From positions 1-57,094 of the IMG/VR virus record IMGVR_UViG_3300037502_003174: DNA of 57,094 nucleotides; one strand, written 5' to 3'. The position numbers and the translations under genes are program-made. The notes under the pieces were generated by a model, which ran no database searches, had not been told where the DNA came from, and was given only the letters and a program-made list of their open reading frames with translations. The DNA comes from a virus (lineage: Duplodnaviria; Caudoviricetes). Shown piece after piece: positions 48,508-56,430 of this stretch; position 1 is the first letter of the stretch, and each line of letters opens with the position of its first letter.

Positions 48508-48712
48508 CCATCGCCGCGCGTTCCCGGTCGGTCAGGCTGCCCCACCAGCGCCGCGTGTCCTGCTCGGCGGCGAGCTCGGCGTCTCGGCGCGGTTGCTGGC
48601 CCATGAACTCCCGGATCCCTGCCCGCTCCTCGTACCAGACGACAGCGCCCCACAGACCGGCGACGCGCCAGTCGGCGGGGCTGCCAGGGAGGCGCGGCCC
48701 TACGCCAGCCAT
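48497..48712 (-). CDS. Small protein with EERAGIREF motif
   Basis: YEERAGIREFMGQQPRRDAE, a motif common in small phage proteins. Confidence 0.65.
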   Translation of the reverse strand: MAGVGPRLPGSPADWRVAGLWGAVVWYEERAGIREFMGQQPRRDAELAAEQDTRRWWGSLTDRERAAMVAR

Positions 48713-48778
48713 CGGCCCAGCCGGCGGCCCACCCGATCGGCGGCGCGGGTCAGCAGGTAGCCCGCGAAGGATACAATC

Positions 48779-49285
48779 TCACCGATCACCCGCCACCTCC
48801 CGCCAGTCCGGCGCGACCGCCTGTAGCTCATCGAGGGCGGCGTCCACCGCCTCAATGAGGGTGTCGGCGTCGGTATCGTCGTAGTTCTCCGGCAGCCGAT
48901 CGGCTGCATCCGAGACCGCGACCAGGGTGGCCGCGAGGGCGCGGAGCGTCGCGTCGGCCACCCGGCGCTGGCGGCCGAGAAGCTGCCGCTGGAGGGCGCG
49001 GCGGAAAGCGGCCCGCTCTTGCTGCTCGGTAGTCAGTCGCTCCCGCTCCTGCTCCAGTCGGTGCAGTTCGGCCATCTCCTGCCGGGTGCCCCGGGCCGGC
49101 GAGCCGATGCGCCCTCGGAGGTCGCGGACGTCATCCGCGGCCCGGCGGATATCCGCCTCACCCCGAGCCTGGAGAAGCTCCAGATCGTCGAGGATGACGC
49201 GGATCTCCGCATCGGTCAGGCCGGCGATCGAGTCCTCGCCATCCGAGAAATCGGCGAGGATCTGAGCCCAGGTCACTCGGTCCAT
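48779..49285 (-). CDS. Coiled-coil hypothetical protein
   Basis: GAGGAG RBS. Confidence 0.65.
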   Translation of the reverse strand: MDRVTWAQILADFSDGEDSIAGLTDAEIRVILDDLELLQARGEADIRRAADDVRDLRGRIGSPARGTRQEMAELHRLEQERERLTTEQQERAAFRRALQRQLLGRQRRVADATLRALAATLVAVSDAADRLPENYDDTDADTLIEAVDAALDELQAVAPDWREVAGDR

Positions 49286-50286
49286 GGCGTCTCCTCCCCG
49301 TCGTCGTCGCCGTAGGGCATCGGGACGTCCGGCTCGTTGACGATCTCGCCGGTCGGCTCGGCGGCGATCGTGGGCTGGTTCGCGGGCCGACCGCCGAACA
49401 GGGCGTCGACGAGGCCGAGCTCCTTGGCGGCGATCATCTGCTGAATCGCGGCGTTGTCTCGCGGCGGGACCCACGTCAGCTTCGGCACGACGAACGGCTT
49501 TTCGGCCTTGGCCGGTTCCATGGCGGCGGCGATACCGAGGGCGGCCCGGACGGCCCGGTTGTGCGCCTTGCTCTCGCAGATCGCGGCCCCGAACTTGCGC
49601 GCCTGCTGAATCTGGGCAGGGACGCTGCCTTCTTTGTACTTCCCGGCCCGCTTGGCTGACTCCACCGCGAGCGTGAAGTCGGGGCCGGTGTCGGAGAGGT
49701 CAACCTCGCGGCGGCGGATGACGCGGCGGGTGGAGCCGTCGAGGGCGCGGATCAGGACGCTCGACTCGTACTCCCAGCGGAACGGGGTTTTCCCGTCGTC
49801 GACCCGCTTCGTGTACTCGTCGGAGATGCCGGCGAGCTCGGCGAGGCGGTCAAGCGCCACCTTGGAGGGCGCCAGCTTGCCGCCGTCGACCTTGTACCAG
49901 AGTGCCGAGTCGGAGGTCGGAAGGTCGACCGTCGCCAGGGTGATCGCGTAGCCCTCGGGGATCGGCATCCCGGGCCGGACGCTCCCGAGCAGGTTGAACC
50001 GGTGCTTGCGGACCGACTCGATGGCGTTGTCGATGACGTCCGACGAGGTGATCGGCGCGGTCGGGATCGCGAGCGCGGTCGTGTCGCGCTTCACCAGCGG
50101 CCGGGAGGCGCCGGCCTTGAACTCCTCGATCTTCCGGGCGCCTTCGGCCGTGCCAAGCCACCTGTCGTACTCGAACAGGTCGCGCTCGCTGAGGTTCGCC
50201 AAGCCCACCCCATCGCGGATGTGCATGTGGAACTTGTCGGCGAGATCGCGGCCCCACAACTCGATGTTCTTCGTTTCAATGGCCAT
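49273..50286 (-). CDS. Putative single-strand annealing protein (RecT/Rad52-like)
   Basis: KVALDRLAELAGI, AICESKAHNRAVRAALGI, KPFVV; near sbcCD. Confidence 0.65.
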   Translation of the reverse strand: MAIETKNIELWGRDLADKFHMHIRDGVGLANLSERDLFEYDRWLGTAEGARKIEEFKAGASRPLVKRDTTALAIPTAPITSSDVIDNAIESVRKHRFNLLGSVRPGMPIPEGYAITLATVDLPTSDSALWYKVDGGKLAPSKVALDRLAELAGISDEYTKRVDDGKTPFRWEYESSVLIRALDGSTRRVIRRREVDLSDTGPDFTLAVESAKRAGKYKEGSVPAQIQQARKFGAAICESKAHNRAVRAALGIAAAMEPAKAEKPFVVPKLTWVPPRDNAAIQQMIAAKELGLVDALFGGRPANQPTIAAEPTGEIVNEPDVPMPYGDDDGEETPWTE

Positions 50287-50288
50287 GG

Positions 50289-50882
50289 TCAGGACTCCTT
50301 GCGGGCGTTGAGGACGCGGAGACGCTGGATCTCCGCCACGATGGCGGCGACCTGGAGCGCCATGGTGGCGGCGGTCCGGTCGGGCGGGAGGATGCCGACG
50401 CCGGTGGCGCCGGCGACGTAGGCGGACGCTGCCTCGATCGAGGGCGTCGACGAGGTGAACGTCCCGGCCGGGACGTTGCGCGCGAGGCTCGAACGGACGT
50501 CCAGGATCCGCGGGAACTGCATCCCAAGATCCCAGGGCGCGCCGCCGAGGAAGTGGACGACGAAATCGGACTGCCACGCCGCAAGCGACGTGATCCCCGC
50601 CTCGGCGATGATCGCCTTCATCGCGGCTGCAACCGCCGGCGCGGCCGGGGCGCCGCGAAGGTCGTCCAGCTTCAAGCCCCCGAAGCGAAGGGCCTCAGGA
50701 AGGTCCTTCCGCTCGGCGACGGTGCGGGTGATCCCGACCACGCTGGACCAGACTTTCGGGCCACCCGGCGCGGGCCAGGCGAGGGCGACGGACACCAAGA
50801 AGTGCGGGACGGCGCTCGGCGCGCCGCAGCCGTCGAAGGGGAGGCCGGTCGTCTTGACGACGACCACGCCAACCCGGCTCAA
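50289..50882 (-). CDS. Degenerate DEDDh 3'-5' exonuclease homolog
   Basis: VVVVKTTGL, AAWQSDFVVHFL, RILDV; acidic catalytic residues replaced. Confidence 0.65.
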   Translation of the reverse strand: MSRVGVVVVKTTGLPFDGCGAPSAVPHFLVSVALAWPAPGGPKVWSSVVGITRTVAERKDLPEALRFGGLKLDDLRGAPAAPAVAAAMKAIIAEAGITSLAAWQSDFVVHFLGGAPWDLGMQFPRILDVRSSLARNVPAGTFTSSTPSIEAASAYVAGATGVGILPPDRTAATMALQVAAIVAEIQRLRVLNARKES

Positions 50883-50951
50883 GGGGCACCCGGAGGGTGA
50901 CGGATGATCATGGAAGCTCCGGCGCCGGGGGCAATGGCCGGCGCTGGTCTG

Positions 50952-50980
50952 AGCTTACCCGATGCGCGCCGAGCGCGCAA
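50952..50980 (-). promoter_or_regulatory. Class-1 promoter/operator TTGCGC-17-TAAGCT
   Basis: Contains GCGCG CTCGG CGCGC. Confidence 0.75.
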
Positions 50981-51049
50981 GTGTCCGCGAGAGGAACGAC
51001 GGTGTCAAGGAAGGTCCGGAACAACCACCGCCGCCCCTCTGGCGAGCGC

Positions 51050-51469
51050 CTACGCGACCCGAACGCCAGCCTCGGAGCGGACCAGCAACCCGGCGGCGAC
51101 AAGGCGGTTGATCGCGGGGTCGGCGACGTCGACCGTCCCGGCGGCGGCGCGCTCGTAGGCGGTGGCGTCGGGCTCGGGGAGGATTTCTTCCACCCGCCCG
51201 CAGAGGAGCAGTTCGGCCGGCGTGCGGAGGACGATGGCGAGCCGATCGACGTCATCGAGCGTCCACCGGTAGTCGCCGCGGACGCGGTGCCGAAGGTTCT
51301 GAGCCGAGATCCACTCGACCTTTTGGGACAGGGCCGAGATCGTGGGGATCCCGGCTCGAACCAGGGCGGCGCGGATGTTGACGCCGAGGCGATCGGTCAG
51401 GCCGCCCATGACCGGCGGAGGCTTCGGGGCGGAGGGGCGGGCGGGCGCCCGGGCTTTGCGGCGGGTCAT
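51050..51469 (-). CDS. Cro/CI-type HTH transcriptional regulator
   Basis: NIRAALVRAG...LSQKV..ISAQNL..RVRG...WTLDDVDRLAIVL..PAELL. Confidence 0.8.
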   Translation of the reverse strand: MTRRKARAPARPSAPKPPPVMGGLTDRLGVNIRAALVRAGIPTISALSQKVEWISAQNLRHRVRGDYRWTLDDVDRLAIVLRTPAELLLCGRVEEILPEPDATAYERAAAGTVDVADPAINRLVAAGLLVRSEAGVRVA

Positions 51470-52884
51470 GCGGCACCTGGGGTGAGGGAGATCGAGACGG
51501 AGAATCCGGCGGCGGCGGCGCGCTGGCGGACGAGGGCGAGGAGGACGTCGAGCGGCGGCACGTCTGGGGCGCGCGGGGCGTGGTCGGCGGTCTCCGCCCC
51601 GCGGACCTCCACGCGGCGGCCGCTCTCCAGGGCCTCCCGGATGATGGAGGCGCACCGCTGGGACGCGCCCGGGGCGGCGGTGGTGATCGTCAGGCGATCC
51701 GGGAAAACGCGAACCTCGTCGAGCAACTCGGCGCGCTGCCCGGGGAACTTCGCCCAGCGGTCGTAGCCGTCGGGCCGCTCCACAACGTGCGTCGTCGGGC
51801 CCTGCGTGGGGACCTCGGCGGGCTGCGTGGGGACCTCCGGCGCCTGTGTGGGGACCTCGGAGGGCTGTGCCGAAGCCTCGCCAGCGCCCGTATTGGCCGC
51901 CGTGGGCTCGGGGGTGACCTGCGCGACGTCCGCGACGGGATCCGGGCTCGTGGAGGCTGCCGCGGCCTCCAGCGCGCGGACGCGTCGCGACTGCGCGGCC
52001 TTGCGGAGGTTGGTGATCGCGCTCTGGCGCGCCCGGCCTCCGGTCTCCAACCGGGCGAGCAGGTCGAGATCGTCCGCGGTGAGGCCGCTGTCGAGCCGGC
52101 AGGCGGCGCCCAGGGTCGCGGTGGTGGCGAGCATCGGGGCCAGTCGGGCGAGCGTCTCGTCGTCGACGTCGGGGGCGATCGTGCGGAGCGGGGCCAGGTC
52201 GATCGCGGGCCCGGGGACGAGCGCCTCGACGACCGCCTCGAGGTCTCGTGCGGCGTCGGCGACGGTGGGCGCCACGGCGGCGATCTCCCGGGCGGCGTCG
52301 GTGGCGATCCGCGTGGCGAGCGCCTTCGCCTGCGTCCAGACCGCGATCCGGGCCGGCTCCTCACGGGAGGCGACCGCGACGGCGCGGAGCAGCTCGGCGG
52401 CGGCCGCGGCGCGATCGGCGGGCATCTCGGCGGCGCCCATGGCGTCCTGGAGGCGGCGGATCTCGTCGAGGTGGCGGGACGCCGGGGCGCGCTGATCCGC
52501 CTGCGCAGCCGTCCGGCGCTGGACTTCCTCGCGGAGCATCGCCTCGGCCCACATCGGGAGCGCCAGGCCGGCGGCCTCCTCGATCTCCTCGCTGGTCAGG
52601 TGGCGGAGGATCGCCCCGACGTCAGCGCGGCGCTCGCTGGGCTTTCGACCCTCGGCGAGGGCAGCCGCCCGGAGCTGAGCGTTCCCGTCGAGCCGGGCAT
52701 CGGCCACCTGGGGCGGCGCGGCTTCGATCTCCGCCGTCACCTCCAGCGACGGAGGCGCCTCCAGCGCCCGGCCGCTCTCGGTGATGAGCGAGACCGTCCC
52801 GTTCGGACCGCGCCCGGTGACCTGAGCCCTCACGCCCTTCGCGTTGCGAAACCAGCCCCCGACGGGGACGTCCTCCAGCCGCAT
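51466..52884 (-). CDS. Large Ala-rich hypothetical protein, first gene of the early operon
   Basis: GAGGAGG RBS; EVPTQ repeats. Confidence 0.75.
   Translation of the reverse strand: MRLEDVPVGGWFRNAKGVRAQVTGRGPNGTVSLITESGRALEAPPSLEVTAEIEAAPPQVADARLDGNAQLRAAALAEGRKPSERRADVGAILRHLTSEEIEEAAGLALPMWAEAMLREEVQRRTAAQADQRAPASRHLDEIRRLQDAMGAAEMPADRAAAAAELLRAVAVASREEPARIAVWTQAKALATRIATDAAREIAAVAPTVADAARDLEAVVEALVPGPAIDLAPLRTIAPDVDDETLARLAPMLATTATLGAACRLDSGLTADDLDLLARLETGGRARQSAITNLRKAAQSRRVRALEAAAASTSPDPVADVAQVTPEPTAANTGAGEASAQPSEVPTQAPEVPTQPAEVPTQGPTTHVVERPDGYDRWAKFPGQRAELLDEVRVFPDRLTITTAAPGASQRCASIIREALESGRRVEVRGAETADHAPRAPDVPPLDVLLALVRQRAAAAGFSVSISLTPGAA
51802..51864. repeat. 21-bp tandem repeat x3 encoding (P/A)EVPTQ
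   Basis: ctgYgtggggacctc at 51802, 51823, 51844. Confidence 0.85.
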
Positions 52885-52899
52885 TCGGCCTCCTCGCGA

Positions 52900-52928
52900 G
52901 GTCTACCCCGTGCGCGATTCCCGCGCTA
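52900..52928 (-). promoter_or_regulatory. Class-1 promoter/operator TAGCGC-17-TAGACC
   Basis: Spacer differs by 1 nt from the 9807 copy. Confidence 0.7.
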
Positions 52929-53298
52929 GCGGCGCTGATCTAACCCTCGATCGCTGGTAAGGGGGGTTGCTTGAGCCTGTGGCGCGCCGACAGGGGAGTA
53001 ATGCGCCTCCGGCGCGGGGGCGGTCCGCCCCCTGTACCCCCAGACCGGGGGTGCTGCGCACCCCCAGGCCCCCGCTTTCTTTTGAGGAAAAGGCTGTAAA
53101 ACGGAGACTGGCGGACAACGACAGCCGGCGAGTCGATCAGCGCCAGCCACTGCTCTACCGCGCGCGCGTGCGAGACTCTTACGCGCGGGCGCGCACGCGT
53201 TACAATACATTGAAGCGCCGTGACCATCGGCGTTTACCCGTCTCTTTCGGAGACGCGACAAAAGCTAGCGCGTGATCACGTCACGCTTGGAGGCTGGG

Positions 53299-53742
53299 AT
53301 GCCGTTTGTACGTCGATTCATCGTCTGGACGCTTCGCGCGCTGTCGCGGTGGAGCACCGCCGGTCTTGCCCGCTGGGATCCGGCCGCTTGTCGCCAGCCC
53401 GCGCCGGTCGAGGGCGCCGAGGACGTCCTCCCGCACCTTGTCGCGATGCTTCGCCGCGAGCTCGGGCCGACGCTGGCCGAGGGCGCGATCGGCGACCTGG
53501 AAGCGCGCGCGGCGGTCGGCCTCCGCACCTACGGGCGGTCGCTCCAGACCCGCAACGGCCGCGATCCCCTGATCGACCTGTCCCAGGAGCTCTACGACGC
53601 CAGCGCCTACGCGGTCCAGGTGTTGGTCGAGGACGGCGAGCGGCTGCCCTGGCATGACCAGTCGGCCATTCACCGGCAGGCGGTCCACGGCGCGGCGCTC
53701 GCCCGGCAACTGGTCATGCTGGCCGAGCAGCGGGCGCGCTGA
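53299..53742 (+). CDS. MazG-like / all-alpha NTP pyrophosphohydrolase-like phage protein
   Basis: RAAVGLRTYGRSL..NGRDPLIDLSQELYDASAY; GGAGG RBS. Confidence 0.65.
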   Translation: MPFVRRFIVWTLRALSRWSTAGLARWDPAACRQPAPVEGAEDVLPHLVAMLRRELGPTLAEGAIGDLEARAAVGLRTYGRSLQTRNGRDPLIDLSQELYDASAYAVQVLVEDGERLPWHDQSAIHRQAVHGAALARQLVMLAEQRAR

Positions 53743-53828
53743 CAGCCCGTATTGGCCGACCTCGCGCCGCCGGCGGGTCAGACGTCGGGCGCGGCGCTGC
53801 GGGCGGTTACGGCCCCCAGGGAGGGCCG

Positions 53829-53981
53829 ATGTGGTCGTGCGTGTTCGCCGCCTGCGCCTACGTCTGGTCGATGTGTGCATACCACTACGCGATGCAGTGG
53901 TGGACATACCTCACCGAAACCGAGGACGAGGCCCGGCTCAGGCGGGCGCAGCGCGCGGAGCGGGACGCGCGGGGCTGGTAG
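53829..53981 (+). CDS. Small aromatic-rich protein (50 aa)
   Basis: GGGAGG RBS; MWSCVFAACAYVWSMCAYHYAMQWWTY...; not in the ORF track. Confidence 0.55.
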   Translation: MWSCVFAACAYVWSMCAYHYAMQWWTYLTETEDEARLRRAQRAERDARGW

Positions 53982-53982
53982 C

Positions 53983-54339
53983 TCAGGCCTCGGTCGGGCC
54001 GCGCCGCCAGCCGATGCCACGGATGTCGCCCTCAATGCGATCCAACTTGTTCCCGTTGTCTTTGTTGGCGTCTGCCGATTCCTTTTGGAGCCTGAGCAGC
54101 TCCTTCAGGTTTGTGTCGATGCTCTCGCCGAGCGTCTCCAGCCGACCGACGAGGCGCCCCACCCAGGCCGCGGCGCCGCCCATGCCCAGCGCGCCGACGG
54201 TCCCGCCAGCGCCAAGCAACGCGACGGGATCCGCGCTCACGCCGGCTTGCGTCGGGCCACCCTGCGCCATGGCGACGGAACACCCTACTAGAACGCCCGC
54301 AGTCGCCGCCAGCATGAGGCCGTAGACAAGCCGGCTCAT
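53983..54339 (-). CDS. Lysis-associated membrane protein (holin/spanin-like)
   Basis: Two hydrophobic segments plus a coiled coil; coupled to the amidase. Confidence 0.6.
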   Translation of the reverse strand: MSRLVYGLMLAATAGVLVGCSVAMAQGGPTQAGVSADPVALLGAGGTVGALGMGGAAAWVGRLVGRLETLGESIDTNLKELLRLQKESADANKDNGNKLDRIEGDIRGIGWRRGPTEA

Positions 54340-54965
54340 GGCGACACCGCCCAGGCCATCGCGCCGGCGACGAGGGCGGCGCCGATGCGCTCCAGGCCCT
54401 CGGCGGTCAGGAGCGGCCGGTGCTCGAGGCGGTCGATGAAGCACGGTTCAAAGCAGATGCCCGACAGGTTGGCGGGTCCGGCGAAGATGCCGTCGATCGT
54501 CGACCACGCGCGGGGCCACGCGGAGCCCTCGGCGGCGGTCGTACCGGTCACGACGCGCCCCCTGGGCTCGCGCAACTCGGGGAGTGCGCCCAGAGCATCG
54601 GCGACGTGTCGGGCGGCGCTCTGGCCGGCCTTGCTCCGAGCGTCCGCGATGACGAGCCCGTAGTTGCCGCCGCCGGCGTTCAGGTGACAGGCGACGTACA
54701 GCCATCGGCGGTCGGGCTGCGCTTTTGCGCACTCGATCGCGGCCTTGTGGCGCCACCCATACTCGCCGCCCTCCAGCCACAGGACCTGCACGCCCCCGGC
54801 CTCGGCCTTGGCGCGGGCCGACATGCCGTAGATCGGCGTGAGCCGGGCCTCAAACTCCTCCGGTTCAATCTTGCCGTCGCCGTCGAGGTCGGCGGAGGCG
54901 CCCAGGTCGCCGGGTCGCGAGGCGCGCCCGGCGTGCTGGATGTCGATGATGAGTCCCAGCTTCAT
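54336..54965 (-). CDS. Endolysin, N-acetylmuramoyl-L-alanine amidase (Amidase_3)
   Basis: IDIQH, E, YVACHLNAG, CFEPCFID Zn/catalytic motifs. Confidence 0.85.
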   Translation of the reverse strand: MKLGLIIDIQHAGRASRPGDLGASADLDGDGKIEPEEFEARLTPIYGMSARAKAEAGGVQVLWLEGGEYGWRHKAAIECAKAQPDRRWLYVACHLNAGGGNYGLVIADARSKAGQSAARHVADALGALPELREPRGRVVTGTTAAEGSAWPRAWSTIDGIFAGPANLSGICFEPCFIDRLEHRPLLTAEGLERIGAALVAGAMAWAVSP

Positions 54966-54966
54966 G

Positions 54967-56424
54967 TCAGCCCTCCATGGCATAGCGGCGAAGCGTCACA
55001 AACGCTTGATCCACCCGCATCTCAGACGACCCGCCACCGGCCTGATCGATCACGAGGTACAGGTAGTAATCGTAGTTTTCAAGGTCTACCTGCTCGGCGG
55101 TGCCGAGGCTGACCGTCCCCGTTTTCCAGGTCGACGCGCCGGCCGTCAGGGTGGCCGTGCCAAGCGTGGTCGGCGTCTGGGTGCCACGGTGGTACTTCAC
55201 GAGCTTGAAGCTGGCATCATCAGACGCGTCGCCCCGGTAGCCCCCAAAGCCGAACGACACGATCTTCATCGGATCGCTGGTTGGCGTGTCAGTGACGTTT
55301 CGACCCCCGATCAGCGGGTTGAGGTTGTAGACAAGGCCGGTCACCCCAAGGCTTCCGGAAATGTTGGCGGCCACCCAGCGGGCGTTGGCGGAGGCGTCGA
55401 TGGTGAACACCGGCGGTCCGCTGAGGCTGAGATCGCCGCTCGCATACATCCACCCGCCCAGCCACGGGGCGAGATTGTACCGGAAATCAACGTAAGTCCC
55501 GGTAAACTGGTAGCGCCATTCTGACGTGTTGTCCTTGCCGGCGTAGAACCCATCGTTTGCCGTCACGATGTCGGCGGTGACGGTGCCGGCGGTGATGTCG
55601 GAGTGCGTGCCGTCGAGGTTGTGCTCCAGCACGAAGGCGCTCACATAGTCGCCGAAGCTGCTGACCACGGTCGCGCCGGTGTCGGCGTATGCCGAGCTGC
55701 TGACCTGCCCGAGGGCGACGTAGGCCGAGCCGAGGGCGGTGGCCGAGACGGTCAGGCCGAGGACGAGGACGCGGTAGGCGCTGGCGGTGGTGGACGGCAC
55801 GGTCTGCCCCAGGAGCGAAGGGATTACGACCTTGTACGCGCTGCCGTCCTTGACGAGGCTCCCCTCGTGGATCGCGGCGCTCGAATCGGAGGCCGGGCCG
55901 TCGACGAGCCAGACGACGACGGGGCGCGAGTAGGCCGAGTTGCTCCACTTCATCGCTGCGGGGATCGCCGACGTCATGGTGACGGTGATCTCGGCGGATC
56001 CGGTCACAGCGACCGAGGTCGGCGTGTACAGCTCGCCGATCGCCTCGGTGTAGGCGGTGTAGGCCGCGACGCCGTCAAACCCGAGCGTCGTCCCAGCGGG
56101 CCGCTCGTTGTAGCGGGCGCCCAGGTAGTACGGGCCCGCTTCGTCCTCGAACGGAATCGAAGCGAAGCCCTTGCCCGCCGCGTTGTCGAGGCTCAACCGG
56201 TAGCCGGTGCCCGTCCAGGCCGTCAGGTCGGCGTCGAGGGTGAGGCGCGAGCTGGAGATCGTGAAGCTCGGCGTGGTGCCAATGATCAGCCCGCCGGTGC
56301 CCCAGAGGTCGACCCAGGCGGCGGCGAGCGTCTCGCGAAGCGGCGTCAGCAGGTAGTCGCGGAGCGTCTGGAGGCCGAGGATCAGGCCGGAAGTCGGATT
56401 GAACCAGCTATGAAGCGTGCTCAT
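54967..56424 (-). CDS. Tail fibre/baseplate-attached protein
   Basis: Follows the gpI-like gene; EHNLDGTH motif; lower-GC beta-rich C-terminus. Confidence 0.7.
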   Translation of the reverse strand: MSTLHSWFNPTSGLILGLQTLRDYLLTPLRETLAAAWVDLWGTGGLIIGTTPSFTISSSRLTLDADLTAWTGTGYRLSLDNAAGKGFASIPFEDEAGPYYLGARYNERPAGTTLGFDGVAAYTAYTEAIGELYTPTSVAVTGSAEITVTMTSAIPAAMKWSNSAYSRPVVVWLVDGPASDSSAAIHEGSLVKDGSAYKVVIPSLLGQTVPSTTASAYRVLVLGLTVSATALGSAYVALGQVSSSAYADTGATVVSSFGDYVSAFVLEHNLDGTHSDITAGTVTADIVTANDGFYAGKDNTSEWRYQFTGTYVDFRYNLAPWLGGWMYASGDLSLSGPPVFTIDASANARWVAANISGSLGVTGLVYNLNPLIGGRNVTDTPTSDPMKIVSFGFGGYRGDASDDASFKLVKYHRGTQTPTTLGTATLTAGASTWKTGTVSLGTAEQVDLENYDYYLYLVIDQAGGGSSEMRVDQAFVTLRRYAMEG

Positions 56425-56430
56425 GGGGCC

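Noticed and set aside
51802-51864. 21-bp repeats as replication iterons
   Set aside because: In-frame peptide repeats in a Pro/Thr-rich linker, far from the initiator gene
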